A stretch of 53,779 nt of DNA from Synechococcus sp. (GTDB taxonomy: Bacteria; Cyanobacteriota; Cyanobacteriia; Thermostichales; PCC-7336). The notes beneath the pieces are model-generated. The model searched no databases and was not told the DNA's origin. It was given only the letters and a program-made list of their open reading frames with translations. Positions within the stretch are counted from its first letter, which is position 1, and every line of letters begins with the position of its first letter. The translations under genes and the position numbers were made by a program. The stretch is from assembly GCA_051439605.1 (NCBI GenBank), contig JBFRWN010000030.1:1-53779 (forward strand), written 5' to 3'. Positions 49,886 to 53,779 of the stretch are shown in pieces.

Positions 49886-50836
49886 ATGGAACAGACGGTC
49901 GCTTACCTAAAAACTGCCGACATCGATCGTAACAAAGTACTCCTTCTAGTTGAGGCCAGCATTCAGGCTTATAACGCTTTTGACAAACAAAAGCCTTCTG
50001 AATGCAATTCAGAAAAAGTGATACCACCCAAGGGTTACGATTTTGTCGAATGCTGGACTGGTGTTGATGCGGTATTTAATGTAGATAAAACTGTTGAGTG
50101 TTATGGGGCAGTTTTTCGTACTCAGCAGTCTCCTTACACCTATATATTCGCCTTTAGAGGTACTGATTCTACTGAAGATTTAATCGATGATTTTGGTGCT
50201 AACAGCGCAAAGTTTTTACCTTTCAACGGTGAGGCATCGGTTCCACCTGACGTTTGGGTCGAGTCTGGTTTCTACCATATTTATTCTGATAGCGACGGAA
50301 ACACCACCTCAATGCAGAATCAGGTATTTGCTTTAGTTGAAAAGTACCAAGCTTCTGAAAAACCGATTGAACAATTGTATATTACGGGACATAGCCTAGG
50401 ATGTACGCTCAGTACTTTGTTTACTTTCGACCTTGCCTTATCGAGGCCGAACATTAAAGCTTCAAGTTACAATTTTGCATCGCCGCGTGTTGGCAACCAA
50501 GCATTCGTTGATTTTTATCAACAACAAGCACCACAGAAAGATCCAGAGACACGAACAATCCGAATTCAGAATGTCTACGATAAGGTTCCTTGCGTTCCAC
50601 TTAAAATTGAAGAATACAGACATCTCCCCTATGCATATCTCGTTGCATTTTATAGGGACAATTTAATGGGAAAATTTGACATCGTAGATAATCACTCTGT
50701 GCAAAATTACCAAACAGTTTTGAAATGTGCCTTCGAGAGTGAAACTGGCTTCTGCAACGAGACTTTTGACTACGACCAGGGCAAAAAAATGAAATCTGTG
50801 AAACCAGACTCAACCAAAGTTTGTACCTATTGGTAA
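49886..50836 (+). CDS. Lipase class 3 family protein
   Basis: FAFRGT, ITGHSLG nucleophile elbow, FASPRVGN and DKVPCVP motifs. Confidence 0.9.
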   Translation: MEQTVAYLKTADIDRNKVLLLVEASIQAYNAFDKQKPSECNSEKVIPPKGYDFVECWTGVDAVFNVDKTVECYGAVFRTQQSPYTYIFAFRGTDSTEDLIDDFGANSAKFLPFNGEASVPPDVWVESGFYHIYSDSDGNTTSMQNQVFALVEKYQASEKPIEQLYITGHSLGCTLSTLFTFDLALSRPNIKASSYNFASPRVGNQAFVDFYQQQAPQKDPETRTIRIQNVYDKVPCVPLKIEEYRHLPYAYLVAFYRDNLMGKFDIVDNHSVQNYQTVLKCAFESETGFCNETFDYDQGKKMKSVKPDSTKVCTYW

Positions 50837-50844
50837 ACGTCAGA

Positions 50845-50953
50845 TCGATAGTATTGGCCCTAGTGCAAAATGAGCGGCTACTTGAACGAAAATATAGGCA
50901 TTTGAGACGCTTGTTCCCCTTTCCCGAGCTGGGAGAGGGGCTAGGGAAGAGGG
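50845..50953 (-). repeat. Dispersed ~110-bp repeat family B, copy 2 (inverted)
   Basis: Reverse complement aligns with 13137-13246. Confidence 0.88.
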
Positions 50954-51204
50954 CCATCGAAATCAGGTTGGTAAGCTTATTGGCAATACCTCTGCGTAAG
51001 GATCCGTCATTCATTCATTGCCCTCAGTAGAGATTTTCGAACGCTCAAAGTCAGCGATCGAGAGTGATTGCATCTGAAGGACGCTTTATTCGGTAAGGGT
51101 CACACATCCCCACAATTTTTAGCCAGCTTACGCGAGCTCATCATTGATAGAGCAACAGACACTAGCGTTTATAGGGATGTATACCTAATATGTCTATCCG
51201 AAAG

Positions 51205-53646
51205 TTATGCCCAGTTCAAAATTGAACCATTCAGAATGTCAACACCGTACAACTGTCCGTCTTGCGGGTTAGTTCGTATATCAACCACACGATTGGCATC
51301 GGAGTCGAACTGCTGGACATTGGTTATCTGCCGACCTGCACCAAGTGTGGCAGCAAAGACTTCACCTCCATTCAGGTCTGAATACACCAAAGTATTGCTA
51401 TCGTAGAAATCGCCCATCGTTATCGCGTTGGCAAAATCTGGGCTGTCGTGATTGCGATACAGGATTGGTGCAACAGCTGCTGGATCGTCAGGATCGTTTC
51501 GGTTGCCGTTATTGTAGAAAGTCTGTGCCAGATCCAGATCGCTGTAGGGGTTATTTTGCTCGGGCCCATCAATATAAGGCCAACCAAAGTTAGCACCTGG
51601 TTCCCCGGCGTTAATTTCCTCGTACTTAAACCAACCAACGTCCCCAACAATTGGGCGATCGGTCAGGGGGTCGATGGCAATACGGTATGGATTGCGCATT
51701 CCGTAGTGATAAACTTTGGATTGATTGCTAAACGGATCGTCTTCCTCATAAAAGGGATTTCCAGGGGCACCGGCTCCGGTGAGAGGGTCAATCTTTAACA
51801 CTTTTCCCGAAAGGTTGTTAATATCTTGGACTCGTACTCCGCGCGGATCTGCGAAGTTGTAGGAAATACCGTCACCGTTACTCACGTAAAGATAACCATC
51901 TTGGCCAAATTCGAGATCTCCGATGGAGTGGGATTCGCTATCAGTTGCCAGGAAATCTCGAATATTTTGGTTTTGAATCCCTGGACGATCTGGATCGTTA
52001 TCCTGCATCCCTTCGTCAATGAGTTCGGGGGGAGCAACGATCGTAGTACCGTTGACAATACCAGAGGGAGGAATGGAGTTATCTCCAGTGCTGTTGCCTT
52101 CTGGGCTGCTAATATACTCCCAAACACTATTTGTGCCTAAAATAACTTCCAAACTCGATGGATCTGCAATCATTGTGACCGGATCTACCGTAAACTGTGC
52201 CACGCGAGAAGGACGATTTCCTTTTTGATCGGGGCCATCCAGACCGGTTTTTCCTGCCGTTTCGGGGGGATCGTAAGTGTATGCAAGATATACGTAAGGA
52301 TTGGTAGGGAATTCTGGATGGATCGCTAGACCGATCAAGCCGCGATCGCGTGTTTCGTTGACTTGGTCAGAGATATTGATTAACGGTGTTTCTCTCAAAA
52401 CGCCGTTCTCAATGACCCTGACAATGCCTGCTTTTTCAGCAACGAGCATGTAATTGCCATCTGGAGTCCACTTCAAAGTGGTCGGAAGGGTTAAGCCAGA
52501 TACATACGTTTGACGAGTCAAATCACCGAGAGAGCCGTCATTGTCTGAAATGAGGATCTCAGTTTCATTCTCGCTACCCAGAATGGCATCTGTTGGGTTG
52601 CTGAGCCGGACTAAAAAGGTTTCGTTTGGCTCGATATCCGGATCGTTCAAAATAGGGATGGAAATTGTCTGAGTAGACTCCTGCGCAGCAAAAGTGATTG
52701 TGCCTGAGGTATCTTCGTAGTCCTCGCCTGAAAATGCAGTCCCATCAACAGTACTAAACTCTACCGAAGATGTTCCGTTTATGTTGCCGGTCCGCTGCAC
52801 CGTTAGGTTGGCGGTAGCTGTCCCTTCCGAAACTGCGATCGATGCTGCATTGACTGAGATGGTCGTAGGAGCATCGTCATCCAAAATCTCGATCAAAACC
52901 GTCCGGGGCGCATCGAGAGTTCCTCCGCTGGGGTTTTGAATCCCTACAGAAAAGATTTCGTTAACCTCGCCCAACGTATCGTTGATAATCGGTACGGTAA
53001 AAGACTTTTCCGATTCCCCGCTCTCAAAGACAATCTGCCCCGTATTTGCTGTCCCACCAAAGGTTGGTGTTTCGTAGTCAACATTTGCCTCTGCGCTTCC
53101 AATCCCTCCAGCGTTGTTGGTTGTGTATTCAAGGGTAATCCTTTCTTCAGTACTGCCCGAACGAAAAGCAGTAATCGTTGCTTCGCCAGCCGCTTCATTC
53201 ACAAAAATCTTTCCGCTATCTTGCAGGAAAAAGCGACTAATGGGTTGAATGAATTCAATATAGTCCAGACGAGCAAACTCATCTACATCTCTTGTACCCG
53301 TGACTGCGATCGCCTGACCTGCCGTCAATTGCTGATTTACAATCGTCCTTGTCCGAAAGCTCGCGGCACTCGCAACATTATTGTTACCGCTGGTGCTGTT
53401 TGCAACCCAGCTGTCTATCTCCGTCCCATCAACCGCAACTGACCACGGACTATTCCCATCTGCTTCGTCGTAATACCCCACAACAATGTCGTAGGTGCCA
53501 TCGGGACCATCGAAGGTATAAGTAGCAGTACCGCTCCCTCCAGCTGGCACCTGGCCCAACAAATCGGCGTACGCTCCCCCCGAGGCAATACCGCTTCCGG
53601 TCACTGTGTAGTTGACCAGTGACATGCTTTCCGCTTCGATGCGCAT
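51205..53646 (-). CDS. CBM-like + 2x Calx-beta + PQQ-dependent sugar dehydrogenase (GSDH) domain protein
   Basis: RIEAESM...ARLDYIEF beta-sandwich; DGTA..GEDY...GTITF Calx-beta; DRGLIGLAIHP.F, GMRNPYR and GANFGWP propeller motifs. Confidence 0.88.
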   Translation of the reverse strand: MRIEAESMSLVNYTVTGSGIASGGAYADLLGQVPAGGSGTATYTFDGPDGTYDIVVGYYDEADGNSPWSVAVDGTEIDSWVANSTSGNNNVASAASFRTRTIVNQQLTAGQAIAVTGTRDVDEFARLDYIEFIQPISRFFLQDSGKIFVNEAAGEATITAFRSGSTEERITLEYTTNNAGGIGSAEANVDYETPTFGGTANTGQIVFESGESEKSFTVPIINDTLGEVNEIFSVGIQNPSGGTLDAPRTVLIEILDDDAPTTISVNAASIAVSEGTATANLTVQRTGNINGTSSVEFSTVDGTAFSGEDYEDTSGTITFAAQESTQTISIPILNDPDIEPNETFLVRLSNPTDAILGSENETEILISDNDGSLGDLTRQTYVSGLTLPTTLKWTPDGNYMLVAEKAGIVRVIENGVLRETPLINISDQVNETRDRGLIGLAIHPEFPTNPYVYLAYTYDPPETAGKTGLDGPDQKGNRPSRVAQFTVDPVTMIADPSSLEVILGTNSVWEYISSPEGNSTGDNSIPPSGIVNGTTIVAPPELIDEGMQDNDPDRPGIQNQNIRDFLATDSESHSIGDLEFGQDGYLYVSNGDGISYNFADPRGVRVQDINNLSGKVLKIDPLTGAGAPGNPFYEEDDPFSNQSKVYHYGMRNPYRIAIDPLTDRPIVGDVGWFKYEEINAGEPGANFGWPYIDGPEQNNPYSDLDLAQTFYNNGNRNDPDDPAAVAPILYRNHDSPDFANAITMGDFYDSNTLVYSDLNGGEVFAATLGAGRQITNVQQFDSDANRVVDIRTNPQDGQLYGVDILNGSILNWA

Positions 53647-53779
53647 GATAGGTGTTGTCCTGACTGAGTACCTTGGCTGAATACGAGATACAGCGCAGTT
53701 TCGCTGCCCCCATGGGCTCCATAGGTGACATTACTTGTTACATATAACACTAATAAACGTTTGTACGTGTGTTTAACAG

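Larger units (their letters stand above)
1..53779. repeat. HIP1 octamer GCGATCGC, highly iterated (e.g. 2229-2236)
   Basis: Many copies seen in genes and spacers; hallmark of cyanobacterial genomes. Confidence 0.95.

Overview
Cyanobacterial chromosomal window. The HIP1 octamer GCGATCGC recurs throughout, and there are typical cyanobacterial genes (Mg-chelatase H, DUF4278, Npun_F0494-like). Housekeeping genes are mutL, rpsU, ybeY-dgkA, a CNNM protein, an ABC exporter, xth, malic enzyme, tRNA-Arg(CCG) and gyrA. They are interleaved with accessory blocks: (i) the end of an IS1-family element at the left edge; (ii) a 729-aa protein with a duplicated domain and 11 acidic T-E-M-V-like motifs; (iii) a decayed zone at 15.3-17.7 kb holding a MITE-like repeat, an IS4/IS50-type transposase relic, a multi-hairpin sRNA candidate, DUF4278 and an internally deleted FGE/CLec gene that resembles a diversity-generating-retroelement target; (iv) a divergent amino-acid catabolic island (aldehyde dehydrogenase + class-III aminotransferase versus tdh-kbl-threonine ammonia-lyase) with an unannotated 29-aa membrane peptide in the spacer; (v) an uncharacterised enzyme neighbourhood (cyclic amidohydrolase, old yellow enzyme, Asp/Asn beta-hydroxylase-like, DUF1838-VOC-NTF2-DUF1838) near a BchH-type Mg-chelatase paralog; (vi) AT-rich NERD and lipase genes and a Calx-beta/sugar-dehydrogenase protein. 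Two dispersed ~95-110 bp repeat families occur in several copies. No CRISPR array, cas gene, reverse transcriptase or rRNA is visible. All family assignments come from motif recognition by eye; no database searches were run.
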